Source: Magallana gigas
Lineage: Eukaryota
NCBI RefSeq assembly: GCF_963853765.1
Contig: NC_088853.1
Location: forward strand, 25,234,001-25,298,000
Length of the DNA stretch: 64,000 nucleotides
Direction of reading: 5' to 3'
How positions within the stretch are numbered: the stretch's first letter is position 1; each line of letters starts with the position of its first letter. Positions 1 through 11,773 of this stretch are shown here, one piece after another. The notes under the pieces are model-generated. The model worked only from the letters and a program-made list of their open reading frames with translations. It did no database searches and was not told the origin of the DNA. The position numbers were made by a program, and so were the translations under genes.

Positions 1-129
1 GCTTTTTTCGGCTTAGCTACCAATATACCAATAGAATTTTGTGAAATTGATTAACATTAATTTATTTACAAATTAATTAGTTAACAATTTTCGCTTTTGT
101 TTTAAAATACCACGAGATCAACGGGGTCA

Positions 130-1315
130 ATGCCAAGGCCGAAGAGACAACTTAAACGGGCGGCTGCCCGTGATACTCAAAACCCAGGACAAGCACGCAG
201 GCCAGGCCGGCGCAGGGCTCAACGCCAACAGACCAACAATAACGAACAAGATGTCCAGGCTCAACTGGCACCCCCTCAGCCCCAGGCAGTCCAACTACCC
301 CAGGCAGCCCCACAGCATCAGGCGGCACTGTTACAACAGGCAGCCCCACCACAGCAAGCCCAGGATCAGGCGGGTAATGTGATTTTTAATCCCCCTGTAG
401 CAACATTACAACAAACCACCATTTTAATGCCCGGCCTCATTTCGCCTGTCAATTCTAGTCTCACATCTACATGCACAGATACAGGGATAACTTCTATTAT
501 CACCTCAACCAATCAGCCTACTCCTGAACCAATCAACTCTACTACAGTTCCCATTGGGTATCATGTAAACTAACTAATTAAGCAAAAAATCATCAAGGGC
601 GAATTTGTCAATCTGGGAACATTATTAGTAAGGGACCCCACTAATGCCCATGCAACATCTACTCTCACAATTGATGCGCAGGGTAACATCATATCACAAC
701 CAAAACCCACAACCAGAATAACATCTATCGAAAAATGGACAGATGCATTTCTCATTTTTTTTTAGCATTTACACTGCAGTGCACCCACTTAGATCGCAAC
801 AGCTTATTAAATATATGCATGACGTTCGCTTAGGGGCACAACATTCTAATGGGTGGGTTTCGTACGATGAACAATTTAGGCTAAGGATTGCACACAACCC
901 GTCACAGAACTGGGGAATCATAGATAATGAGCGTTGGTTATTATACATGACTGCCAATTCAAATAAATCTTCTAGTACCCAACACCACAGGTGTTTCGAT
1001 TACAATCTCAAAGCAAACTGTTACAAGCCCCATTGTCCGTACATACACCGATGCCTTAAATGCAATAGCACCCATCCATCTATGTTGTGCAACAGTCCTA
1101 ACCCACCCCCGAGTCATGCAAATACCTCCTTTCGGGCATCCACTCCAGTCCGCAACAACTCTTCTGCCACATTCAGGTATCAGACACCAGCACACCAAAC
1201 ACGCACCAACCAACATTGGGCGGGAAACCCTCGTCAACCCCAGAGACATTTGGGTCCTAGGGCTCCCGTTATCATGAGCGCAATTAGCAATTATTTTGAG
1301 TCAATACCCAGATAG
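130..1315 (+). pseudogene. gag-like ORF of the DIRS/Ngaro element (stop at 571-573, frameshift in the poly-T near 755-763)
   Basis: The frame continues past the TAA as LIKQKIIKGEFVNLGTLL...KWTDAFLIF, then shifts to SIYTAVHP...YMHDVR...GWVSYDEQFR and a Cys/His knuckle CFDYN...C...C.Y.H.C..C...H....C, typical of DIRS-group gag. Confidence 0.85.
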
Positions 1316-2830
1316 GGTCTCGGCAAGGTATTTAAAGGATGGTCTAAAACATGGCTTTAAATTGCAATACTCTGGACCACGCATTTCAGTTTTCTCAAAA
1401 AACTTGAGTTCAGCTTCCGACAGTGAGTAGGTTTGTCTTGGAAAAATATATAGTGAAGTTACGGCAGGTCGAATGTCTGGCCCATACTTACTCCCACCCA
1501 TTCCTAATTTACACGTATCTCCCATAGGTGTTGTACCCAAAGCTGACGGAGGATGGCGTATGATAACACACTTATCCTACCCACCCTCTTTCAGTATTAA
1601 TGAACACATAGACCCACAGTTCACTACAGTTACCTATACATCTTTTGACACAGTGGTCCAAACCATAAGCACACTAGGTCCTATGGCTCTATTAGCTAAG
1701 GTGGACATTAAAAATGCTTTTCGTCTTCTGCCAATTTACCCAGGGGACTTTGAACTTCTAGGAATTTACATTAATGGGGCTTATTACATCGACAAATGCC
1801 TCCCCTTTGGGTGTTCAATATCATGCAAAATATTTGAAACTTTTTCCACTGTCTTAGAATGGGCTGTCAAATTTAAAACACAACTCGATACAGTTCACCA
1901 CTACTTGGATGACTTTATTTTTATTGGCAAGTCCAATTCAGATAATTATTCAGCTCTCATGCACACTTTTCAAGACATTTGTTCAGAAATAGGGGTCCCC
2001 CTGAACCAAGACAAAACTATTGAGCCAACCACTAAGCTTACATTGCTCGGTTTAGAAATCGACACTGTGAATATGCTGGTCCAAATTTCTGTTAGTAAGG
2101 TTCAGGAACTCAAATTTTTGTTGCAGCATTGGGTCACACAGAAAAAAATTCTTCTTTCCCAGTTAAAATCTTTAGTGGGCAAGCTCAATTTCGTTAGTAA
2201 AGCCATCCCAGGTAGCCGTGCATTTAATAGGAAATTTTACAATGTTATGTCCGGGGTGCCCTCTCCCTATCATCACATCAGAATTACGAACCCTATCCGT
2301 GAAGACATGTTCAAATGGCTACAATTTTTAGACAACTTTAACGGCGTTGTATACTTCCCAGACACTGAATGGGTTACACTAGATACTTTGCAACTTTACA
2401 CGGATAGTGCAGGTTCTGGCCACCTTGGTTGCGGCAGTTTCTTTCAGGGTCAGTGGGTTCATTTTACCTGGCCATCTTCATGGTTAAACAAGCCAATTTT
2501 GCGGGACATAACTTTTTTCGAATTAGTACCTATTGCATTAGCCTTCATGATATAGGGATTGCGTTTGCAAAACAAAAAAGTCATCCTCCATGTAGATAAC
2601 ATATTCTCAACAAACAGTCAGCCAAGTCCCCAAGAGTAATGGTACTTGTCAGATCGTTAGTCTTAATGGCTTTAAAACACAACATATAATTTAAAGCACA
2701 ACATATTCCGGGAAATTATTGCTGATTCTATATCTCGCAAACAGTGGGAAGTCTTTCGAGCAGCAGCACCTTATGCAGACCTTCATCCGCAGGCCATTCC
2801 AGCCCTATTCCAGACATTACGCTCACAAGT
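1278..2830 (+). pseudogene. Reverse transcriptase / RNase H of the DIRS/Ngaro element (stops at 1428-1430 and 2553-2555, indels after about 2600)
   Basis: RT motifs SPIGVVPK, KVDIKNAFR, LPFG and HYLDDF (YxDD). RNase H motifs YTDSAG, ELVPIA, HVDN and ADSISR. Confidence 0.95.
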
Positions 2831-3706
2831 CACATCCAATCATTGTTCAACGCATCAGTTGCTGTAAACACTAGGCAAACACACACAGCAGGCATCAATT
2901 CATTTGAAACATTTTGCCGGTCTCATAACTTACCCAGTCTGTGGCCACCTCTCGACACTCACATTACAAGGTTTATCGCTTACCTGTCACTTTCAGGTTA
3001 CAAATACTCCACAGCTCAGTCATACATTGCAGCCATCAGTTTTTACAGCAAAGCAATTTACAATGTAGATCCTACTAATCATTTTATTATAAGAAAGCTA
3101 CTTCAGGGCATGCAAAGAACAACACTACACAAGGACACTCGTTTGCCTATTACATTACAGCTCTTAAACAAAATTATACCAACATTGCAAACTCTATGCA
3201 ACACCATATACGAAACCAAACTATTCACTGCAGCTTTCACTTTAGCATTTCACGCCCTCTTGCGCATAGGGGAATTCACAGTGTCTAAAGGCAACACACC
3301 AGCAACTATCATCCAATTTCATGACATAACAATGCAGCAGACCAACATTCAATTGACAATTGGTCATTCAAAACTAGACCAATTAGGTGTGGGGGCAAAC
3401 TTGCAGATTCCTGCTTCAAATGGTGTAGCTTGTCCTCTTGCCGCCACGCATGCCTACTTACACATGCGCACATCTCAAACTGGCCCATTGTTTATTCATT
3501 TTGAAAGTCAACCATTGACCCGTTATCAATTTATCACCATATTGAAGCGTTGTCTTAATGCAATAGGGGTTGATAGCTCAAATTATAATTCCCACTCATT
3601 TAGAATAGGTGCAGCTACAACCCTTGCTATTCAAGGCGTTCACAGTGACGTCATCCAAGGGTCAGGACGATGGCGCTCTAATGCATTTCGTACATACATT
3701 CGGTAA
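2744..3706 (+). CDS. Tyrosine recombinase (integrase) of the DIRS/Ngaro element; the true start may lie slightly downstream
   Basis: Open 320-codon frame with the catalytic set LRIGE (R), SKLDQ (K), HSFR (HxxR), GRW and FRTYIR (Y). Confidence 0.93.
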   Translation: MGSLSSSSTLCRPSSAGHSSPIPDITLTSHIQSLFNASVAVNTRQTHTAGINSFETFCRSHNLPSLWPPLDTHITRFIAYLSLSGYKYSTAQSYIAAISFYSKAIYNVDPTNHFIIRKLLQGMQRTTLHKDTRLPITLQLLNKIIPTLQTLCNTIYETKLFTAAFTLAFHALLRIGEFTVSKGNTPATIIQFHDITMQQTNIQLTIGHSKLDQLGVGANLQIPASNGVACPLAATHAYLHMRTSQTGPLFIHFESQPLTRYQFITILKRCLNAIGVDSSNYNSHSFRIGAATTLAIQGVHSDVIQGSGRWRSNAFRTYIR

Positions 3707-3758
3707 CCTTATCATTCCAACGTATCTATCTTACTAACCATAAACAAGATAATTCTAG

Positions 3759-4345
3759 GTCCTGTCAGAGTTTGGATTGTCGGATCTTCTATCATCAAAC
3801 GAGCAGCTATGAGTGCAGTATCAAGACGGGGGGGGGCTTAATCTTAATCTCGAGAATACTTCAGTCTTATGGCAGGGATATAGTGGCATGAAGCTACAAG
3901 ACCTTAATACTAGGCTATCAACGTTGCTAACGTTAGAAGATCGTCCTGAGTTTCTCATCATTCATTGCGGAGCAAACAATGTTGGCCAGAAAACCACTGA
4001 AGAGCTGCTGGAGCTCATTCCACAACCTTGTCCCGAATTTGTGACATGTTCCCTACCACAACGATTGTTTGGTCCTCTGCCCTGCCTAGATTAGCTCGGC
4101 GCTTTTCAGAGAATGTTAAAGCAATGAATGAAATAAGGGGTCGAATGAATAGAGAAGCGATAAAATTTGTAACATCCAGGGGCGGTCATTACATCAAATA
4201 CCCTCAGTTTTCCCCAAAACCACCTACGTTGTTTGACCCTGATAGAGTTCACCTGTCCCAGCTGGGTAATGATATCCTTTTAAATACCATTAAAGGTGCG
4301 TTGCAAGATTTATTAAATTGTGGCGGTGTTGGCCTTCCGGACTAA
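3759..4345 (+). pseudogene. SGNH/GDSL-type hydrolase ORF of the Ngaro-like element (two frameshifts)
   Basis: Blocks VWIVGSS (I), WQGYSG (II), IHCGANN (III) and DRVH (V), spread over three frames. Preceded by a ttctag|G acceptor-like site at 3758/3759. Confidence 0.8.
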
Positions 4346-5654
4346 CCACATCACAATTAACAAATACTGGCTCGTGGTGACCATTGGAGTTGCGGTCCTG
4401 CCGCCGTCACCAATGTTACTTTTGGAAAGCGTTGGTGGCGGTTGCAGTGTCATAAATAAACGTTCATGACCCTTGCAAGTGGCGCTATCGTCGCACCCCA
4501 ACTCCAATGGAAGAGTGCAATCATTCAAATTATCATAGGATACAGTTTTTTTACTGTCAATATAATGTGTTTATAATGCTGTTAATGTGTTTAAAATGCT
4601 GTGTATTCATGCTTGTGCATTCGCGCACATACTTGCTGCACAAGAACTTTGACAATTTTAATGTGTTTTGAACTTTGAAACTTGTGCATTTGCGTTTACC
4701 CATTCGCACAAACCTTGTGTATAACTTTGTCATTTGTATGTCTGTGCATTTGCACTTACCCACTGTACAGAATATTATATTTTGTGACGTTTGTGCATTT
4801 GCGCTCACCCACTGCGCAATGAGCCTATTGATGGGCCGTCACGTATTGTTGTATTGTTTGAATTGTTGTGAGGCAGCCCATTGGTATCCTAAAGTCACTG
4901 CGGCCAGTAACGCCAAACCATAAGAAAGTATTTAGTCCTAATCAATCTCTCTAAGTTTATTCATCAGGTATCTTGGATAATATTTTTTGGGACCCATTTG
5001 ACGCTTGCGTCAATATTATTTCTTGTTTACAAAATGTCGTACGTGTGACGTTACGTAAAAAAACAGTCGACAGTTTAGTCCACTGTTGGGTTAACGTAAG
5101 TCTATAACTGATATAATTATAGTTAAAATATGGCAGTTTAACCTTCATTTTGTCATAAGCAAAAATGAGAAGACACTTATACTCGATAACGCGTTATAGT
5201 TGACATTTAAAGGACAGTGCATAGCTAATTTTGTATCCCGTATAGTGAAATATATAAATAGTGGTTGTAATTCATTTTTTCTTTATCATATTTGAAGTAT
5301 TTATGATCATTCGAGTATACAATTCATAATTTCCCTTAAAAACTATGCACTTAAAAGAATTAAGATATGGCAACACTTAAAATCAATTGGGATATTCCGA
5401 ATCTCTAATCACAATATGTTAATTACTATCTATAATTGATTACTGGCGTAAACAGAAGAAGATTACCAGTATGTATTAAGAGAGAACACGTCTTTTATTC
5501 AATAAAATAATTATGACATGGGCTATGTAATTGCAATTTTAAGGTACTACGCGCAATCAATTCCGATTCAGTATTTGGTAAAAGTACGAAAAATATCTGA
5601 TAATACAGGCTCTCGCTTCCTTTTATTCTTACATATGCATTAAATCAGTAACAT

Positions 5655-5805
5655 AGGCGTCGGAATCGCGGAGGGGGGGGGGGGCAACACCTCCCCACCT
5701 TTTTTTGACAACGTTAGACAAAAACCCCCATTTTTTTGCTTGTCCAAATTTCTGACAAGTCTAGCCCAGCCCCCCCCCCACACTTTCAATTTGCTTCCGA
5801 CGCTG
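5655..5805. mobile_element. Short MITE-like element with G/C homopolymer tracts
   Basis: Terminal inverted repeat gcgtcggaa / ttccgacgc, about 150 bp total. Confidence 0.55.
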
Positions 5806-6035
5806 CTGAGTAAAAAAAGTCACACTGATCCCCCCCCCCCCCCCACACACACACACTTTCAATTTGCTTCCGATGCTGCTGAGTAAAATAAGTCACACTG
5901 ATTAAGGAGGACGGTTACGAACGTGGGGTTATCAATATTACCTCACAATTACTAAAACTCAGTATTACGTCAATCATTAAAACGCAATGAAAAATCGCTT
6001 ATGACGCAATAATTAGCTGTTCTACGTTATTAAAG

Positions 6036-6905
6036 GCCATCTGTCACACCAAACTGCGTCCCAACGGCGTGTTCACGGCGTTGTAAAATTCATGGAATCG
6101 CCGAAGGATCGCAAGGAAAACTCAGAAAAATGCAGTTTTATTTGAAAATTTTACAGGTGGATGTCACGGCGTCCTGACGGCGACCGAGGCGTTCTTACGG
6201 AGCTCCCACAGCGTGTAACTGCGTTTCCACGGAGTTCTACTTGGCGATTAACTACGCTCTCGCTGAGTCTCCGCCGAGCGCTCCTGACGTGCTAGAAGTT
6301 TTTACCGCGCGTCCACGGCGTGCTCTGCGCGCTGACTGCGCTCACAAGACGTTCTTAACTTCTTGGTAGGTTAATATACAGTTGTACAATTGTATGGGAA
6401 ACAAACAAGAATTTACAACTAGTAAATGATTAAAAAATTGTTTTGATTTTATGAAAAGGTACATTGTAATTGAAACATAGTTACTTCTAAACAATTTGTG
6501 AAGGACTATGATTAAACTCTTAGTAGTCAGGTCTACAAAAAAGATTCGTTATTGGTTGTTAGAAAAACATAGAAAAGATGTGAAAACATCAAAACCAAAT
6601 GGCATGAATTCCATCTACGTCCATTGATTGGTCTTGGATTATTAGCAAATGCTATTTTTTACATAGTCATCTACATCCAGTTTGATAATTATTACATCGC
6701 TTGTTATTGTACAACAGCCATTTTTCGAGTTTTCGTGGTCTTGATGACAACGTACTAGAAACGCCCTGGGAGCACGGTATAAACACAGAAGAAACGTCAC
6801 GAGAGCGCGATGAACGCAGCAACAGCTCTTTGGGGTCGCTGTGTGAACGCAGCCAAATGGAAAATATAGTCACCGCTCTGTAAGTGCCAGAATAGTGACC
6901 AATCG
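6036..6905. mobile_element. GC-rich non-autonomous DNA-transposon remnant (possibly PIF/Harbinger-like)
   Basis: GC-rich blocks at 6036-6360 and 6760-6900 with recurring cacggcg/gaacgc motifs and a ggcc...gtcacacc start. No right TIR found. Confidence 0.3.
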
Positions 6906-7200
6906 GTTCGTCCGTTCGTTCTTACGTCTAAATCACTTGCCTGGGGCATACATTTTATCCCCTTTGCCCAATATTTTTTTTTATCTACAAAGTGACTTTG
7001 GGTTAAGGGTGTGCAGTGACCGTGAACTATGTTGCCAGGTCTAAGTATAGGCCACAGCAGAATTTTTCGAAAATCGTAGTCCGGATAATTATTTCTCTTT
7101 CCTTTGTTAACTGTGACCAATTCACAGAGTGCCTATGGTCAAAGGGTGTACAGTTACCTTGAATGAAGTCTCTAGGTCCAGGATCAAGTCACATCAGACC
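6905..7200. mobile_element. Degenerate Helentron-type non-autonomous element fragment
   Basis: A cgtccgttcg microsatellite-like stretch followed by about two degenerate units sharing agggtgt(g/a)cagt(g/t)acc. Confidence 0.35.
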
Positions 7201-7323
7201 CCGCATATAACAATACCACGCGTATCTTACGTAAGTAGTGCACACGTTAAGTAAAAGTCTTAAGTGATCGTATAGTGGTTTTATTTGACAAAAAGCAAAC
7301 TAAATACACAGTCCCAATTCGGG

Positions 7324-7330
<7 letters not shown>

Positions 7331-7354
<24 letters not shown>
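7331..7354. repeat. (GA)n microsatellite
   Basis: 12 perfect GA units. Confidence 0.95.
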
Positions 7355-8941
7355 TGTTAAGAGTTCGAAAGAGCGTTGGAAATTAACCTAACTTGCGAGA
7401 AGGTAGTAGTTTTATACTATTTGGGGAAAGCAACTATCAAAGTAATACAAGTGTTCATTGGGTGTTAAAAAGCCCCTTAAGAGGGCGCCACCACCTTGTT
7501 ACTATGATGCTCCAAGATGGCGTCAAGCTGATCAGTCAAGAACCCGCCCTTAATCAGTGTACTTAGGGTCAATCAAGGTTACGACAGATATTTACTAGTG
7601 GGAGGGTCACTGTATCGTGACCAATTACTGTCATCTACCTGAGCCGATCAAAGGGCTAATTGACTTCGATTAATCGAATGATGTATGTAATTATTTAGTT
7701 TATATCAAACTTTACCCCCTCAGGATATTTGTGTACAAATCGGGAACATAATGTCCAAATTAGAGACATACTGACCAGAAAGGATTTAATTACGGTCATT
7801 AAAGGATCATCACCTCAAAACAATACACCCCATAAATATGTAAACATGGTAGCTATTGGCTCTCTCTCTGACCTTCGTTTAAAGCAATAAAGTCTTTGAT
7901 GGACACATAATATTCGTGATTCAATTTACATGGAATATACATTAAATAAAGGTATTTACTTTACGAAAGCATTCTATACTGATTCTGAAATTAAATGATT
8001 AGTCAAATCACAATAGTTCAAAGAATAATATGTAACGTCCAATTAGTATAGTCAAAGTTATAGGATATGTAAAATATAAAGTCCAATCACCAGTGTTCGA
8101 TTATATAATGATAGGTTACAAGGGCTATTTTGTTACACGCAAAATATAAAAAAAATCAGGGCCTTATTCACAAAGTCTCCCTAACTTTGCCATTGTAGCA
8201 AAATTTGCCACAACTGTTTCACATATGTTGTGATCAAACATACGTATAACTCATGTTTATCATATGTGAATCATGCGTGAACGTAGTCGAAGTCTCGCAG
8301 AATATTGCTAACTGGGTACCACATTTCTCTGAATAGGTATTGTTAAACAATTCAAGGTTTACAAAGGATGATAATAGCAGTGTCACATTTACATCTTTCT
8401 CTTGTTATTAGATGGCTTCATGGACAGCTAGCTACACTATGCATTTAATTTGCTAACCCAATGTGTGGGAGTAGAGAAAAAGAATTTTTTAAAATTTGGC
8501 CACTGTTAGCTTAATCGACCCTGCCATTGAAGTTACGGATATAGTATATTATAACATTTCACAGTTTATACAGTATATCTGGCAATTTTCATGATAATCT
8601 AATTTTTTTAAATCGCAGAAAATGATTAACGCAAATTGCTAGACATTTTCCAAATTTTCGCAAATTTTGTGCTACGCCGAAATAAACCCGGTTATAGTGT
8701 ATTTCTCTTGGAATGCTTGATGAAAAAATGATAACAATTAGTTTTATTTTAAAGACAAAGTTAGCATTGTAGATATGTTAGCGAAGGACGGACGACACAG
8801 GGCGACGGGTGACTTAAAAATGTTCATTGAGCGCCTTAAATATATCATTGATGGCGTGGATGATTTCATTTAATATAATTCTCTCGATCATTGCAGAAAA
8901 TATAATTTCTAAACGTTTCCCTCCTCGTTATCTTATGGTTT

Positions 8942-9276
8942 CAGGGGAGTAGCGATAACAAGCATCAGGGGGAGGGGCCCCCCCCCCACACTTTTTCTCG
9001 CATCAAATAATTTTCGTTAATTTACATAGTAAAAATTGAATTATCATGGAGTCGCCCCCCCCCTCCCCCCCCCAGTTTTTTGGGAGTATGTAAAGGAAGA
9101 AAAATCGAAGTTATAAGTTATAGATCTACGCCACCCCCCCCCCCCCCCCCCCCATGGATTAGGATTTTGAAGATTTTGGGAAACTTTCTCCCCCCCCCCC
9201 TTTTTTTTTTTGCTCGTCAAGATTTTTTGGATGAGTCTACCCCCCCCCCCCTTTCAAAATCGATGCTACGTGCTTG
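8942..9276. mobile_element. MITE-like element with multiple poly-C tracts
   Basis: Imperfect terminal IR (caggggagtagc / gctacgtgcttg). Architecture resembles 5655-5805. Confidence 0.45.
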
Positions 9277-9729
9277 AAAAGTCAATAATTATAAGTTATG
9301 TGGTTTATCTGGCTAATGTTCAAGAAGAATTGTTTCAATATATCTGATGATAAAAAACTTGTCGGGACAAAATTAGAGAAGGAGAGGGAAATGTGTTTCA
9401 CCTGAAAGGTAGAAATACCTAAATATATTTTTTTAAAAAAAATCAATCGAAAATCAACAATAACATGCATGTATACCGCAGTAATTCTTACATTAACACG
9501 ACACAATATCAATTCAATTTCTATTATGTTTGAGTTCACTAGTTGTTGGCTTTCAAAGTTGACTGTAGTGTGATGGTCCACAGAGTTTATATCCGTTTAG
9601 ATAATCACAAGACTATTAAAAAATTCCAAGCTTATATTAGAAGAAGTAACTTGTTCGCATTTTTACCGCGACTATCGTTCTTTTACTAAATAGGGTAGGC
9701 CTATATCCTATCGAATAATCATATTTCGA

Positions 9730-9925
9730 AGTGACTCAATTTTTTAAAATTCGCTGGTTCCTCTCATCCACGAATTAGCATCCTCTACAAATTCATATAA
9801 AAAGGTAAAAAGGTCATATTTCTGTTTGTAGGCATATGAGAACTCACGAAAATACGTCCCAACGAACCTGTAAAATTTAAGCAGTCCGCGAAAAATTGGC
9901 TCCAACGAATTTAATGATTCCACAG
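9730..9925 (-). mobile_element. Partial copy of the TA-flanked MITE family also present at 58753-58969
   Basis: 9850-9925 aligns by eye with the reverse complement of 58753-58830 and ends in attccacag. Confidence 0.6.
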
Positions 9926-10097
9926 TGGTTCATCATTCTTTTACATTTATGTATTTTTTTTTAATATGAACATTTTTGGCAACCAGACGGGTACACATGT
10001 CTATATAGAATTATAAAGGAACAGCTCTTTTAAAATCATTTATTAAGGTAAGTGCTACCTTGTGTTATTCTTGTATTATTGCCGAGGTATTCTTATA

Positions 10098-10517
10098 CAG
10101 TAGAACTTGTTTAGTAAGAAGAAAACGGTGCGGTTATAACAAATTCGGATATAACGAGTTTACGCATATAGCAAACTGATTTTGAGTCCCGTAGAGGTGA
10201 ATAATAACGAAATTTAACACGTTTATAACAGATTTCTTTACAGTATAAAAAGTCTGCACTACCATTTAACATAATAGATTTGCTGAATTTATTTTCACAT
10301 AAATTCTTCAATTCACAATCTGATTATTAAAAGTATCGCAATAATGAATTTTCATTATAAGCTTCAATGAGCAAAAAATGTAGTCTGGTGACAAAAAAAA
10401 CCCATGTATATAATGAATTTACTATAGTTATTATCAGGAATTCGGATATTACAAATTGCGGATATAACGAAGTAAATCCTTTGGTCTCTAGGACTTCGCT
10501 ATAACCAAGTTTTACTG
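10098..10517. mobile_element. Tc1/mariner-pogo-type MITE
   Basis: TA|CAGTAGAACTTG...CAAGTTTTACTG|TA: terminal IR with TA on both sides. Confidence 0.8.
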
Positions 10518-11231
10518 TACTGTAAAGGTTAATATACCTTTAGATTAGCGACAAATATAATATTTAGAAAATAATATCGAAAGAGTATTTATATAAACAT
10601 ATATGACATAATTTTAATCTGTTAGACGATATAATACAAGTAACTAACACGGATGGGTACTGTACTTTATTATAAAGCATCTTACAACCGCAATATATTG
10701 TATCCCTTAAAAAGGCACATTAAGGAACACGATTTTTTTTTGTCAACTTTTTTGTTATAATATTATGTAGTATGCTAACGTTTTTTATGCTAATTGTTAG
10801 ACCATTAATAATACCCAATTGTCTGCGGACTTCTCCGGTTTTTTTTTCTCTCAGTATACTAAAATATACATATGACAGTATATGTTTATTGCAGATATAC
10901 GAACGAGAACTGTGATATTCAAGATGGTCTGAACAGACTCTACTCATCATTTCAAAACTTATTCGATAATTTTTTTTTTCAAAATTCATGTTAAACGATA
11001 CGTATAATATGGATAACATCATAAAAAAGTTGGAGCAACATAGAATTGATTCTGCGAAGAAAGAATGTCTACTGATTGTATGATTAATCTAAACGTTGAA
11101 TAAATACAATGGGTAAAGTCATAAAAGTTTTATGATCATAACCCAGCATGGAGGCATTAGACAGGCATAAAAAGCCACCGTATCAAAACATGTTTTAACA
11201 AAAGATCATCCTGATAATCATAAGGTGTCCA

Positions 11232-11412
11232 TTAGTTAAGTTTTACATGTATCATATAAAGTTGATGGTATAGATAAGGTCCACTAAGTTGACCTAATTC
11301 TTGGTGTCCCGCGTTGTCTTCCGCTGTATTATAGATCAGGGGAATGGAAGTGAAATTGATGTCCTTCTTTTTGTGTTGTATTACAACTTGCACCTTGCAT
11401 AAGTTGTTATAT
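11232..11412 (-). pseudogene. Diverged duplicate of the receptor's cytoplasmic-tail exon
   Basis: Translates ...IYNTAEDNAGHQELGQLSGPYLYHQL..., homologous to IYDTAVDYDKYQELGQLSGPSHYDQL in 11774-11963. Confidence 0.75.
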
Positions 11413-11773
11413 CTATTAGTGTAAGCTTTTTTGGTCCATCGTTATTCGCCAGAACTTGTAAATGTCAATTATTTTTTTGTATTACTTTTATGAACTGAAA
11501 ATTCAAACAGATATGAATTAACTGAAATATATATATATACAAAAGCATGTATATCTTGCAAAATGTTATGTATTAACTTTCAATCATTTTCAGTGTGAAT
11601 AAAACTTTGGTCTGAATCAACAGATTCGTGTTATTGAAGTCATAAGGTTTACAATCGATATACTTGTATTATATATTGTAACAAGTTTTCAATGAAAATC
11701 AAAAACAAAATATATTGCTGTATTTTTACGTTAATTAGTCACAGTATCATTCTGATTGCTATTTGGATGTCCA

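Larger units (their letters stand above)
1..4510 (+). mobile_element. DIRS-group (Ngaro-like) tyrosine-recombinase retrotransposon, decayed; 5' end probably outside the window
   Basis: Collinear gag, RT, RNase H, tyrosine recombinase and SGNH ORFs on the + strand. AATAAA near 4455 and a 3' inverted repeat. Confidence 0.93.

Noticed and set aside
959-1540. Minus-strand ORFs over the retroelement (also 43291-44117 over Tc1)
   Set aside because: Antisense shadows of real coding sequence.
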